Below, piece after piece: positions 1 to 11,636 of a DNA stretch of 64,000 nucleotides. This stretch comes from Polyangiaceae bacterium (GTDB taxonomy: Bacteria; Myxococcota_A; Polyangia; Polyangiales; Polyangiaceae): assembly GCA_022842465.1 (NCBI GenBank), contig JALHPN010000002.1, forward strand, positions 40,391 to 104,390. Direction: 5' to 3'. The notes beneath the pieces were generated by a model. It was not told the origin of the DNA and ran no database searches. It worked only from the letters and a program-made list of their open reading frames with translations. A program made the translations under genes and the position numbers. Numbering within the stretch: position 1 is the stretch's first letter; every line of letters begins with the position of its first letter.

Positions 1-4
1 CCGG

Positions 5-2599
<2,595 letters not shown>

Positions 2600-2627
2600 G
2601 GGTGCGGACATCACGCTGCACGGCCTC

Positions 2628-3479
2628 GTGCAGCGTGATCGCGTCGCTTTCGACGCCCGCCTTGCGCCGCGCGTGTTCGATGACAAGACGAAGCGCGTGA
2701 GCCACGAGGTCGTCGTCGAGTCGTCACCGGTGCCGTTCACGCGGACCTGCGTGCGTTGCGGACGAGGAGCGGAGGTCGTGTACGGCCTCTGGTGCGGAGA
2801 GCGTCGGCGCGTGAGCGTGCCTGTCTGCGTCGGTTGCGCCGATCACCTGTTCGTGGCGCGCGCGGCGTGGGTCGCCCTCGCCTTCGCGCTCGGCGTCGCC
2901 GGGAGCGTCGCGCTCGCGATCGCCGCCGATGCGCTCGTGGTGATCGTCCCTGCCCTCCGCGACGTGGTCGTCGTCGGCGTGCTCGCCGCGGCCCTGATCG
3001 CGGTCGCGGTCCCCGTGCTGGCGCTGCGACGCGGGATGCGGGCGTTTCATCGTCGGCTCGGGCCGGTGTGGGTCGTGCGCGCCGAGGAGCGCCCCTCGAC
3101 GAAGGTCGTCCTCGGCGCGCGTCGGGCGTTCCTCGTGGACGGTACCGGTCCGCGGTTGCCCTCCGCCGGGCTTCCTCCGGCCGCGTGGGTCGCCTTCGCC
3201 GCGCTCGTCGGGGCGGTCCTGATCGCGCTCGGGCTCGTCGAGTATCGGATGCTCGGAGCCGCCAGGGATCGCGGCGAGGCGGTGACCCGGCACTGGCTCG
3301 AGATCGCGCTGGTCGAAGCGGGCGGCCCGGGCGCCGTGCTCGGGCTCTTCGTCGGGATGGCGCTCGTCGTCCTCGGCGTGGGCGTCGGCGCGGCGTTTCG
3401 AGCTCGCCGCGAGCGGCGTCAGACGGCCGCGTCCTGCGCGGGGCCAGTCCCCGTCCCCGACGGCTCGGGCGCCTTGTAG
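2628..3479 (+). CDS. Hypothetical membrane protein with N-terminal CxxC...CxxC motif and about 4 TM helices (alternative GTG start 2697)
   Basis: CVRC and CVGC motifs and four hydrophobic stretches; the 3' end overlaps the convergent transglutaminase gene. Confidence 0.65.
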   Translation: MQRDRVAFDARLAPRVFDDKTKRVSHEVVVESSPVPFTRTCVRCGRGAEVVYGLWCGERRRVSVPVCVGCADHLFVARAAWVALAFALGVAGSVALAIAADALVVIVPALRDVVVVGVLAAALIAVAVPVLALRRGMRAFHRRLGPVWVVRAEERPSTKVVLGARRAFLVDGTGPRLPSAGLPPAAWVAFAALVGAVLIALGLVEYRMLGAARDRGEAVTRHWLEIALVEAGGPGAVLGLFVGMALVVLGVGVGAAFRARRERRQTAASCAGPVPVPDGSGAL

Positions 3480-5620
3480 GTTCGGATCGTCCGGACCTTG
3501 TCCTCGAACGCGCGCCGGCTCGCCTCGTCGATCGACGCGCCGCCGAAGCGAGCCTCGAGGTAGGTCGTCGTGAGCGCGAGGACGTCCTCGGCGAGCGGAT
3601 GGGCGCGCGCCGCGATCTGTTCGGCGTGGCGGAGAGGCGGCAGCGCCGGGGGACGTCCGAGGCCCTGGAGCGCCAACGCGGTCTCCAGGCTCCGGTAGAG
3701 CGCGGTGGCAGCCTCCTGCGACGCGTCGACGGTAGGCTTCTCGATGCGGAGCGACTTCGGCTTCGCCGGCGTCCGTCGCTTCTTCCAGAGCATGTACGCC
3801 GCCGCCGCCAGGACGAGGGCGAGGCCGGCGACGACCGGCGCGCGCGTGACGCGCTCGAGCGCCCCGTGATCGGTCCCCGTCTGCTTGCGGATCGTCTCGT
3901 AGCGCCTGCTGAGATCCTCGAAGAGCCGGACCTGCGTCTTGAGGTCGTAGCCGATTACGTAGCGGTTCCAGCGCTGCGACATCGCCTCGACGAGGTCGCG
4001 GATGTAGACCCACGCGCCGGCGGTCTCCTGGAGCGGCCTCGCCCCCGACGTCGGCGTCGGATCGAAGGTCACCCATCCGCGGACGGGGTCTTCGACGTAC
4101 GCCTCGACCCACGAGTGTGAGTCGCCCTGCCGGACGGCGTAGTACCGCCCGAAGCGGTTGTACGTGCCGCCGACGAAGCCGGTGACGTTGCGTGACGGGA
4201 TGCCGACCTCGCGGAGCATCAGCGCCATCGAGGTCGAGAAGAACTCGCAGTGCCCGCGCCTCGACTCGAAGAGGAAGTGATCGACCGGCTGCGGCTTGCC
4301 ACCCGACGGCGAGCCGAGGTCGTACTTGAAGTCGTGCTTCAGGTGCTCCTCGATCGCCTTGGCCTTGAGGTACGGCGTCGGCTGCGCGTCGGCCCACTCG
4401 TGCGCGAGCTCGCCGATGCGCTTCGGCAGATCCAGAGGCACGTCGAGGTATCGCGCGCGGTCCTGCGCGTGGAGGATGTCGAGCATCGGCTCGCGATCGC
4501 TCGCGACGAAGGCGTCGTAGCGGAGGCCGTGCGCGTCGCTGCCGACGTAGCGGACCTCGCCTTCCGGCCCGCGAGCGAGGGCGACGTTCTCTCCGGTGAC
4601 AGCCTGCTGCTGGGAGCGAATCGTGACGGCCACGGTGCGCGGAGGGAGGAAGACGACCGCGGGATCGATCGGCTCGAGGTCGATCGTCACGCGTCGATCA
4701 CGGTTCGGATCGGGGCGACGCGCGAGGACGAGCGTCTCGGGCGCCTCGCCTCCGTGCGGGCGCTCGCGGTGCGTGCGCGACCAGGCTCGGCCGTCGTACT
4801 TGTCGAACGCCGTCCCGCGGAGGCGGAGCGTGAGCGTGGGCGGAGGCGGCTCCGGCAGATCCTGGACGTCGAAGCGGAGCGCGAGCGACGGATCGGTGCG
4901 GATCTGGCCTACCTCGCCGAGGTCGACGTGATCGGAGAATCCGACCATGCGCGTGTTGCGCGGGTGACTGAGGAGGAGGAGCGAGAGACCTACGCGCGGG
5001 AAGAGGACGAAGAGGGCCGCGGTGAAGAGGAAGATCGGCACACTCAAGAGGCAGGTCGTCGCGAGGAAGCCGCGGCCGACGACGCGGCGGCTCCGGAGGA
5101 TGCGCGGGACGTCGACGGGGAGGCCCGTCCGGTCGCGCGCGCCCTGCCGGTAGTTGCCCTCGACCTCGCGGCGGAGGTGGCTGAGCACGAGCGCGCCCGG
5201 CGCGACGACGAGGAACCCGAAGAAGCAGAGCGCGTAGGAGAGGCCGCCGCCGAGGACCGTCCCAGCGACGAAGTGGAGCAGGGCGAGGACGATGATCTGC
5301 TGGTCGTGTGCGGCGCCGCGTCGGGTCGCGAGGCGGATGATCTGGAGGAGAGCGGCGAACTCGACGGCGACGTCGAGCGCCGAGCGCCCCGATAGGAGGC
5401 GCACGCCCTGGACCGCGAAGAGCGTCAGCGGACCGATGGTCGCGAGGTGGCGGAGGGCAGGCTTGTGTTGCCAGCTCTCCGGCACTGCGAGCGCGAGGGC
5501 GAGCCCGACGAGGACCAGCGCCGTCGTCCACGGGCTCATCGACGCCGTGTTCACGACCGCGATCACGCCGAGCGCGGCGAGCGCGTCGGTCATGATGCGG
5601 TGGACGAGCCCGAACCTCAT
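3419..5620 (-). CDS. TgpA-like membrane transglutaminase-family protein (DUF3488 + transglutaminase + DUF4129-like)
   Basis: N-terminal TM bundle, GHCEFFSTSMALMLR (catalytic Cys), HSWVEAY, WVTFDPTP; usual position after moxR-DUF58. Confidence 0.92.
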   Translation of the reverse strand: MRFGLVHRIMTDALAALGVIAVVNTASMSPWTTALVLVGLALALAVPESWQHKPALRHLATIGPLTLFAVQGVRLLSGRSALDVAVEFAALLQIIRLATRRGAAHDQQIIVLALLHFVAGTVLGGGLSYALCFFGFLVVAPGALVLSHLRREVEGNYRQGARDRTGLPVDVPRILRSRRVVGRGFLATTCLLSVPIFLFTAALFVLFPRVGLSLLLLSHPRNTRMVGFSDHVDLGEVGQIRTDPSLALRFDVQDLPEPPPPTLTLRLRGTAFDKYDGRAWSRTHRERPHGGEAPETLVLARRPDPNRDRRVTIDLEPIDPAVVFLPPRTVAVTIRSQQQAVTGENVALARGPEGEVRYVGSDAHGLRYDAFVASDREPMLDILHAQDRARYLDVPLDLPKRIGELAHEWADAQPTPYLKAKAIEEHLKHDFKYDLGSPSGGKPQPVDHFLFESRRGHCEFFSTSMALMLREVGIPSRNVTGFVGGTYNRFGRYYAVRQGDSHSWVEAYVEDPVRGWVTFDPTPTSGARPLQETAGAWVYIRDLVEAMSQRWNRYVIGYDLKTQVRLFEDLSRRYETIRKQTGTDHGALERVTRAPVVAGLALVLAAAAYMLWKKRRTPAKPKSLRIEKPTVDASQEAATALYRSLETALALQGLGRPPALPPLRHAEQIAARAHPLAEDVLALTTTYLEARFGGASIDEASRRAFEDKVRTIRTYKAPEPSGTGTGPAQDAAV

Positions 5621-6912
5621 TCGGCGGCCTTCTCCCCTACCCCCGACGGCGGAGGATCGCCCGGAGAGCTCGGCGTCGGGGAGCTCGGGACCGGCGGCTC
5701 CGGATCCGGGAGGCTCGCGGGCGTCTTCATCGAGGACGGCGCCGCGGCGGTCGTATCGGGGGACGAGGTCGGAGGCGGCGCGAAGGCCGTCGCCGACGAC
5801 GGGGCATCGGGCACGGACGCGAGGTTGGCCTTCACGACCGGGGTCTCGCCGGCCGCCCGTCGCTCCTCGACGAGCGCGAGGAAGCGGAGGAGCGGGTCCG
5901 CGCCGGTCATGCGATCGCCGCGGACGGACTCTCCCCCGGTCGTCCGGATCGAGACGGCGTCCCCGCGCTTGATGTGCGCGACGCTACGCGATGCGACCTC
6001 GCGGATCCGACGTTCGAAGGCGGTCGACCAATCGTCGGGCGCGTTCGGCGGGCGAACGACCTCCACGGTGAGCTCTACGTCCGGCCGCGCGTCGCGCGCG
6101 CGCTCGCGCATGACGAGCTGGCCGACCGCGGCGCTCTTGCGCCAGTGGATGTCGCGCCGATCCTCGCCCTCCCGGAGCAGGCGCATTCCGATGTAGTCGT
6201 CGCCGTGTCCGCGTCCGAACGAGGCCTCCCCTCCCGAGAGCCTGCCTTGGCCGTTCGCCGGGAGGTTCACGGGGTCGACGGCAGGATAGATGACGAGCTC
6301 TCCCTCCGCGGGCACCTCGCGCGACTTCTCGAACAGACCGAACGGAAACCGCGTCGCGATGCGGAAGGCGACGTGGGTGTCCCGCCCTCGCCTGGCGGGC
6401 GTGCGCCGGTAGGCGGCGACCTGCGCGCTCTTCGGGCTGATCTTGAGGAAGAAGCAGCGCTTGTCGGCGGGCTGTCCGGAGCGGAGGTCTTCCACCTCGA
6501 TCGCGTACGAGGGCACGCGGCGCTTGTGGTTGAAGACCTCGATCTCGACGAGGTGCGGCCGCCCCACCTGCGCGCGCGTCGGGAGCCGGCGGACGACCGT
6601 GAGGTCGCGCAGGCTGAGCTCGCTCATGAGGCCGCTCACGATGATGAGCGCGAGGAGCATCCCCAGCAGGAGGTAGAGGAGGTTGTTTCCGGTGTTGATC
6701 GCGGCGAACCCGACGCCGAGGGTGATGCCGACGAAGAACTTTCCCTCCCGCGTGAACTTCAGCCGTCGCGGCGGCCGGAGGCGCGCCCAGGGAAAGCGTG
6801 ACGGCGCGCGCGGAGCCGCCTTCGCGCCGGTGCGCGCGTCAGGGGACGAACGAGCAGCCTCGCCACCCGTCCCGGTCCCTCGTTCGGTCTTCTCCGAGGC
6901 GGGCCTGGTCAT
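5617..6912 (-). CDS. DUF58 domain protein
   Basis: AAINTGNNLLYLL, TRFPFGLF, GEDRRDIHWRKSA; start/stop overlap with the downstream gene. Confidence 0.92.
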   Translation of the reverse strand: MTRPASEKTERGTGTGGEAARSSPDARTGAKAAPRAPSRFPWARLRPPRRLKFTREGKFFVGITLGVGFAAINTGNNLLYLLLGMLLALIIVSGLMSELSLRDLTVVRRLPTRAQVGRPHLVEIEVFNHKRRVPSYAIEVEDLRSGQPADKRCFFLKISPKSAQVAAYRRTPARRGRDTHVAFRIATRFPFGLFEKSREVPAEGELVIYPAVDPVNLPANGQGRLSGGEASFGRGHGDDYIGMRLLREGEDRRDIHWRKSAAVGQLVMRERARDARPDVELTVEVVRPPNAPDDWSTAFERRIREVASRSVAHIKRGDAVSIRTTGGESVRGDRMTGADPLLRFLALVEERRAAGETPVVKANLASVPDAPSSATAFAPPPTSSPDTTAAAPSSMKTPASLPDPEPPVPSSPTPSSPGDPPPSGVGEKAAE

Positions 6913-6930
6913 GACGCGTGGCGGTGCGGC

Positions 6931-7893
6931 TCACAGAGGAACGGGGACGCGCGCGACGATGTCTCGCACCGCGCTCTCGCACTCGTCCCGCGAGGGGACG
7001 AAGCCGTCGGCATGCGTCGCGAGACGGACGCGGTGAGCGAGGACGGGCACGGCGAGGTCGTGGATGTCGTCGGCGATGCAGAAGGGGCGGCCGCGGAGCA
7101 TCGCGCGGGCTTTGGCGGCCTTCGCGAGCGCCATCGCGCCGCGCGTCGAGGCGCCGAGCGAGAGGACGGGCGAGCTCCGCGTGGCGGTGACGAGCGCGTG
7201 AAGGTAGCTGAGGAGCGACGACTCGAGGGTGACGCGGTCGACCTGTCGCTGGAGCCCGACGAGGCGCGCCGGGTCGAGGACGACGGGGACGTCGCGCGCC
7301 GTGTCGGCGTTGCCCTCGAGAAGGAGACGCATCTCCACCTGCGGAGGCGGGTAGCCGATGCGGAGACGAAGGAGGAAGCGGTCGAGCTGCGACTCGGGGA
7401 GCGGGAACGTCCCCGCGAAGTCCTGAGGGTTCTGCGTCGCGATGACGAAGAACGGGTCCGGCAACGGGATGGTCTGGCCGTCGACCGAGACCTGCGCCTC
7501 GTTCATGGCCTCGAGGAGCGCGGACTGCGTTCGCGGGCTGGCGCGGTTGATCTCGTCGGCGAGGAGCACGTTGGCGAAGATCGGCCCCTGCCGGAGGATG
7601 AACTCGGCGTTCCGCTGGTCGTACACGGAGACGCCCACGACGTCGCTCGGGAGGAGGTCGCTCGTGAACTGGACACGCCGCAGGTCTCCGCCGACCGCGC
7701 GCGCGAGGGCGCGCGCGAGCGTCGTCTTGCCGACGCCGGGGACGTCCTCGATCAGGAGGTGCCCGCGCGCGAGGAGCGCCACGAGCGAGAGCTCGACCGC
7801 CTCTTGCTTCCCCTCGAGCGCGCCTTCCACGGCCTGCCGCAGCTTCTGGATGAGCGGAAGCTCCTCTCCGAGGAGGGCTGCAGCGGCAGTCAT
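6931..7893 (-). CDS. moxR: MoxR family AAA+ ATPase
   Basis: HLLIEDVPGVGKT, QFTSDLLPSD, LADEINRASPRTQSALLEAM, GTFPLPESQLDRF. Confidence 0.96.
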   Translation of the reverse strand: MTAAAALLGEELPLIQKLRQAVEGALEGKQEAVELSLVALLARGHLLIEDVPGVGKTTLARALARAVGGDLRRVQFTSDLLPSDVVGVSVYDQRNAEFILRQGPIFANVLLADEINRASPRTQSALLEAMNEAQVSVDGQTIPLPDPFFVIATQNPQDFAGTFPLPESQLDRFLLRLRIGYPPPQVEMRLLLEGNADTARDVPVVLDPARLVGLQRQVDRVTLESSLLSYLHALVTATRSSPVLSLGASTRGAMALAKAAKARAMLRGRPFCIADDIHDLAVPVLAHRVRLATHADGFVPSRDECESAVRDIVARVPVPL

Positions 7894-8078
7894 GGGGTCC
7901 AGAATAGCATGGCGCCTCGGAGTCCAGCGTTTTCGGTGACGCCCCGGTGGCCCGGCGGGGCCCCCACGTTCCCCTACTCGGCGCTCGGCGGCCGACCGGG
8001 GCCGAGAGCCCGCGTCGATGGCCGCGCTCGTCGCGATCGCTTGCGATCTGCACCGAATTTCGGTCAGGCTGCGCCGCC

Positions 8079-8720
8079 GTGGGTGACGCGCACGTCGAGC
8101 TGAGGTCGGTGACCAAGACGTACGGGCCGGTTCGTGCGCTCGTCGGGGTCTCTGCGACCTTCGAGGCCGGGGCCGTGACGATGGTGCTCGGGGCGAACGG
8201 TTCCGGAAAGTCGACGCTCCTCTCGATCCTCGGCACGTTGACCTCGCCCTCGTCGGGAACCGTGTCGCACGGCGCGCTCGGGCGGCGCCGCTCGGCCGTT
8301 CGCAGCGTCCTCGGGTGGGTCGGGCACGACTCGCTCTGCTACGCCGATCTCAGCGGTCGCGAGAACGTCGAGCTGGCCGCGCGGCTCCACGGAGTCGATC
8401 CCGCGCGCGCCTTCGAGGCGGCGCGGTCGCGCTTCGAGCTCGGGCCGTTCGCGGAACGGCCGTTCCGTACCTACTCGCGTGGTCAGCGTCAGCGCATCGC
8501 GCTCGCGCGCGCGCTCGTCCATGCGCCGCGCCTCCTGCTTCTCGACGAGCCGACGACCGGGCTCGACGCCGGCGGCGTCGATCGCCTCGCGGCGGTGCTG
8601 GACGAGGAGGCGAAGGGCGGCGCCGTCGTGGTCGTCGTGACGCACGACGAGGCGTTTGCCGCGCGCGCGGGCAGCACGCGCATGATCCTCGAGCGCGGGC
8701 GGCGACGGGCGCCCGGCTGA
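8079..8720 (+). CDS. ABC transporter ATP-binding protein (CcmA-like)
   Basis: GANGSGKST Walker A, YSRGQRQRIALARAL signature, LLLLDEP Walker B, VTHD; GTG start at 8079 preferred over 7947. Confidence 0.88.
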   Translation: MGDAHVELRSVTKTYGPVRALVGVSATFEAGAVTMVLGANGSGKSTLLSILGTLTSPSSGTVSHGALGRRRSAVRSVLGWVGHDSLCYADLSGRENVELAARLHGVDPARAFEAARSRFELGPFAERPFRTYSRGQRQRIALARALVHAPRLLLLDEPTTGLDAGGVDRLAAVLDEEAKGGAVVVVVTHDEAFAARAGSTRMILERGRRRAPG

Positions 8721-8753
8721 CCTGCTGGACGCGCGTCGAGACCTGGACGGGCG

Positions 8754-9908
8754 TCAGGCGAGGGCGTGGAACGCATCGCGGACCGCGGCCACGGCCCGCT
8801 CGATGTCCGAAGGTGAATGGCGGGCGGTGACGGTGAGCCGGACCCTCGCGGTGCCAGGCGGGACGGTCGGTGGCCGGATGGCACGGACGGCGACGCCGGC
8901 GCGCGTGAGCGCTTCCGCGAGCGCGAGCGCGCGAGCCTCGGTGCCGACGACGATCGGGACGACGTGGCCGTCGCCGAGGACGCGCGGACGTGACGGGTCG
9001 CCTTCGCTCGCGGCGGCGACGCGCTCGGCGCCGGCGCCGACGATCCCGTCGCGGAGCACGGCAGCGAGCGCGAGGACGCGTGAGGCACGCTCCGGCTCTC
9101 GGATCACCGTCTGGAGGGCGCGATGGGCCGCGGCTGCGGCCGCGGGGGAGAGGCCCGTGGAGAACACGAAGGAGCGCGCACGGTTCCAGAGCCACGCGCG
9201 GAGCTCGGAGCGGCCGGCGACGAACGCACCCTGGGAGCCGAGGGCCTTTCCGAGCGTCCCGACGACGACGTCGGGGTGCACGCCCGCCGCGGCGGAGAGA
9301 CCTCGGCCGCCCGGACCGAGGATGCCGATCGCGTGGGCTTCGTCGACGACGAGCGCGGCGCCGTACGCATCGCAGAGCGCGCGCAGGCGGCGGAGGTCGG
9401 GCGCGTCGGCGTCCATCGAGTAGTAGCTCTCGACGACCACCCAGGCCCGGCGACCCGCGACGCGCTCGTGGAGGGCGCGCGCGACGGCGTCCACGTCGAG
9501 ATGGGGGACGACGACGGGGGTGGCGCGCGCGAGCCGGATTCCGTCGATGAGGGATGCGTGGTTCAGGACGTCGCTGACGACGAGGTCGTGCGGCTCGACG
9601 AGGGCGGACAGCACGCCGACGTTCGCGGCGTAGCCGCTCGTGAAGAGCAGGGCCGCGTCGACGTCGAGGAAGGTCGCGATCGCCTGCTCGAGGGCGCCGT
9701 GCGCAGCGTGCTCTCCCGCGACGAGGCGTGACGCGCCGGCGCCCGCCGGAAGCGCCGGCGCAGGGGTGGCTGCGAGACCGAGGTAGTCGTTGGAGCAGAA
9801 CGACGGCGCGTCGGGGTCGTCCGGGCGCGGCGTCGTGCGGAGCAGACCGCGGCCCTCGAGGTCGGCGAGGGCGGCGCGGAGGTGGTCGAGGGGGGAGGAG
9901 TGTTTCAC
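8754..9908 (-). CDS. bioF: 8-amino-7-oxononanoate synthase
   Basis: FCSNDYLGL, GAGASRLVAG, FTSGYAAN, NHASLIDG, VDEAHA, GTLGKALG (PLP lysine), AIRPPTVP. Confidence 0.93.
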   Translation of the reverse strand: MKHSSPLDHLRAALADLEGRGLLRTTPRPDDPDAPSFCSNDYLGLAATPAPALPAGAGASRLVAGEHAAHGALEQAIATFLDVDAALLFTSGYAANVGVLSALVEPHDLVVSDVLNHASLIDGIRLARATPVVVPHLDVDAVARALHERVAGRRAWVVVESYYSMDADAPDLRRLRALCDAYGAALVVDEAHAIGILGPGGRGLSAAAGVHPDVVVGTLGKALGSQGAFVAGRSELRAWLWNRARSFVFSTGLSPAAAAAAHRALQTVIREPERASRVLALAAVLRDGIVGAGAERVAAASEGDPSRPRVLGDGHVVPIVVGTEARALALAEALTRAGVAVRAIRPPTVPPGTARVRLTVTARHSPSDIERAVAAVRDAFHALA

Positions 9909-9916
9909 GTGAAACA
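9901..9916. other. parS: parS centromere-like site 1 (perfect palindrome TGTTTCACGTGAAACA)
   Basis: Exact match to the widely conserved 16-bp parS consensus; covers the probable bioF GTG start (9906-9908). Confidence 0.92.
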
Positions 9917-10057
9917 GGGACGGGGTGGGAGGGCGCGCGGGCGCTCTGTAGCACGCGACGGAGAGAGCCGGGCGGCGCCCGAGACGAGCGAACTAGGTCT
10001 GCACGGCGGCGACCCGGCCGTCCGACCACGCAGGGAGGTGCTCCTTGGCCGCACTTC

Positions 10058-10075
10058 GGGCACGGGCACGGGCAC
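10058..10075. repeat. Short tandem repeat (GGGCAC)x3
   Basis: GGGCACGGGCACGGGCAC read directly in the bioF-zapA intergenic region. Confidence 0.7.
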
Positions 10076-10464
10076 GGAAGCGAAGAGGGCGCGTCCGGGA
10101 CGTACCCCGCGCACCCTCCGACCGGCGAGACCGCCCGCTCTCCCGTCTCGAGCCACCGGCTCGTGGCGCGGGACTCGTGCCGCTTGGGACTGTCACCCGG
10201 GAGCGCCGTCGCCTTTCCCGTCCGCCGTGACGGCTGACGGCGCATGCGGGCGCCCAGGATCACGACGAACGCGCGCGGCTGGGCGGCCCGTCGATGTCCA
10301 TCGCGGCGCACGAGAGCGTCTGCCGACGAGAAGCGGCGAGCCCTCCCCCTCGGGAAGGAGGCTGGCGCGGAGAGGAGGCCCTCTGAGGGCGGAGGGTCGA
10401 AGCCTCGGCCTTCGCAACGGGCGCCTCGTGCCGACGCACGGCGGCCGCCCCGCGAGCGAGCGAC

Positions 10465-10480
10465 TGTTTCACGTGAAACG
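10465..10480. other. parS: parS site 2 (TGTTTCACGTGAAACG)
   Basis: 15/16 match to the parS consensus. Confidence 0.9.
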
Positions 10481-10550
10481 CACCCGGCCCCGGAGCCGGG
10501 GTCGGCCGTGGTCGCGTGCGCGTGGAGAGCGGGCGGCGGCCTTGCGCCGC

Positions 10551-10566
10551 TGTTTCACGTGAAACG
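10551..10566. other. parS: parS site 3 (TGTTTCACGTGAAACG)
   Basis: 15/16 match to the parS consensus, about 110 bp upstream of zapA. Confidence 0.9.
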
Positions 10567-10674
10567 AACAAGGGGCTCCGACGTGAGAGCGGAGCTTCGT
10601 CTTCCCCTCTCCTCTCTCCCCGACTCGGCGCCGTGCATGGACGCGCGCTCCCCGCCTGCGTTACCGTCAGTCCG

Positions 10675-10965
10675 ATGGATGGCCGTCCGGTCCAGCTTCG
10701 GGTTGCGGGGCAGAGCTACAGGGTGGTGAGCTCCGCCTCGGAGGCTGATCTCCAGCGCCTCGCCGACACCGTCAGCGCCAAGGTCGCGGAGCTGACACCG
10801 AAGGGGAAAGCGCCCAACCCGAACGCCGTCCTCCTCGCGGCCATCGCCCTCGCGCACGATCTCGAGGAGGAGCGCTCCAGGCGCCAACGTCTCGAGCGGC
10901 GAGCGCGGGAGATGCTCCGGAGCGTGCTCGGCCGGATCGACGCCGCCCTCACGCTCCACGGCTGA
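10675..10965 (+). CDS. zapA: Cell division protein ZapA
   Basis: 96 aa; VQLRVAGQSYRV...EADLQRLADTVSAKV...VLLAAIALAHDL followed by a coiled coil matches the ZapA pattern. Confidence 0.88.
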   Translation: MDGRPVQLRVAGQSYRVVSSASEADLQRLADTVSAKVAELTPKGKAPNPNAVLLAAIALAHDLEEERSRRQRLERRAREMLRSVLGRIDAALTLHG

Positions 10966-10987
10966 CCCGTCGCAGCCGAGCGCGCGC

Positions 10988-11554
10988 TCAGCGCCGGATC
11001 GCTTCGATCGCGAAGACGAACGGGAGCGCGAGATAGGCAAGATCGATCTGCACGCCGGCGATCGCGTCGGCCTGCCTGCCGTCCCCGAGGCCGAGCCGGC
11101 CCTGCGCGAACAGCCCGACGCCGAGCCCGTAGACGCCGTGGTAGTTGAAGCTCCGCGCCCCCCAGAACAGCGTCGCGGCGACCCCAGGCTCCACGCCGAA
11201 GCGGCTCGTTCGGGCGAAGGCGCCGCCGCTGAGCACGAGCGCCGGTGCCCCCGCGGGGATCAGCCACGAGAGCCCGCCGCCGGCCTCGAGCGTGTCGAAG
11301 GCCGCCGTGGCGACGTCGACGTACGGACCGAGTGCCATCTGACCCGGACGGTCGCGGAGGAACAGGGCGTCGACGCGGGCGCCGAGGTGGAAGGCGACGC
11401 GAGGTCCGTTCTCGGCTCGCCAGTCCGTCGTCGCCACGCCGGTCGTCAGCGCCGCTCCGACCTGCGGGGCCGCCCGCGCGGCGCATGGAGCGAGGAGCAC
11501 CGCCAGGCCGAGGCCGACGCTCCCGAACCGCGCGTACAAGCCGCCCGTGCTCAT
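10988..11554 (-). CDS. Hypothetical exported protein, possible small outer-membrane beta-barrel
   Basis: Signal peptide (LLAPCAARAA) followed by Gly-rich alternating beta-strand-like segments. Confidence 0.65.
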   Translation of the reverse strand: MSTGGLYARFGSVGLGLAVLLAPCAARAAPQVGAALTTGVATTDWRAENGPRVAFHLGARVDALFLRDRPGQMALGPYVDVATAAFDTLEAGGGLSWLIPAGAPALVLSGGAFARTSRFGVEPGVAATLFWGARSFNYHGVYGLGVGLFAQGRLGLGDGRQADAIAGVQIDLAYLALPFVFAIEAIRR

Positions 11555-11636
11555 GCCCCTCCTTCTCGCATGGAAAGCGCGAGGCCGTCACCGTGAGGTG
11601 CCGGCCTCGCCGCGTCCGCCGCCGCCGATGCGCCGC

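Noticed and set aside
9901-10566. Repeated palindromes as a CRISPR array
   Set aside because: Only 16 bp long, irregular spacing (564 and 86 bp), no cas genes, and they match parS.
9917-10674. ORFs inside the parS gap (peptides containing VSRET or FHVKR)
   Set aside because: These peptides are translations of the parS palindrome and the frames lack coding-like composition.
10966-11000. 6S RNA expected after zapA
   Set aside because: Only about 22 bp separate zapA from the convergent gene, leaving no room.
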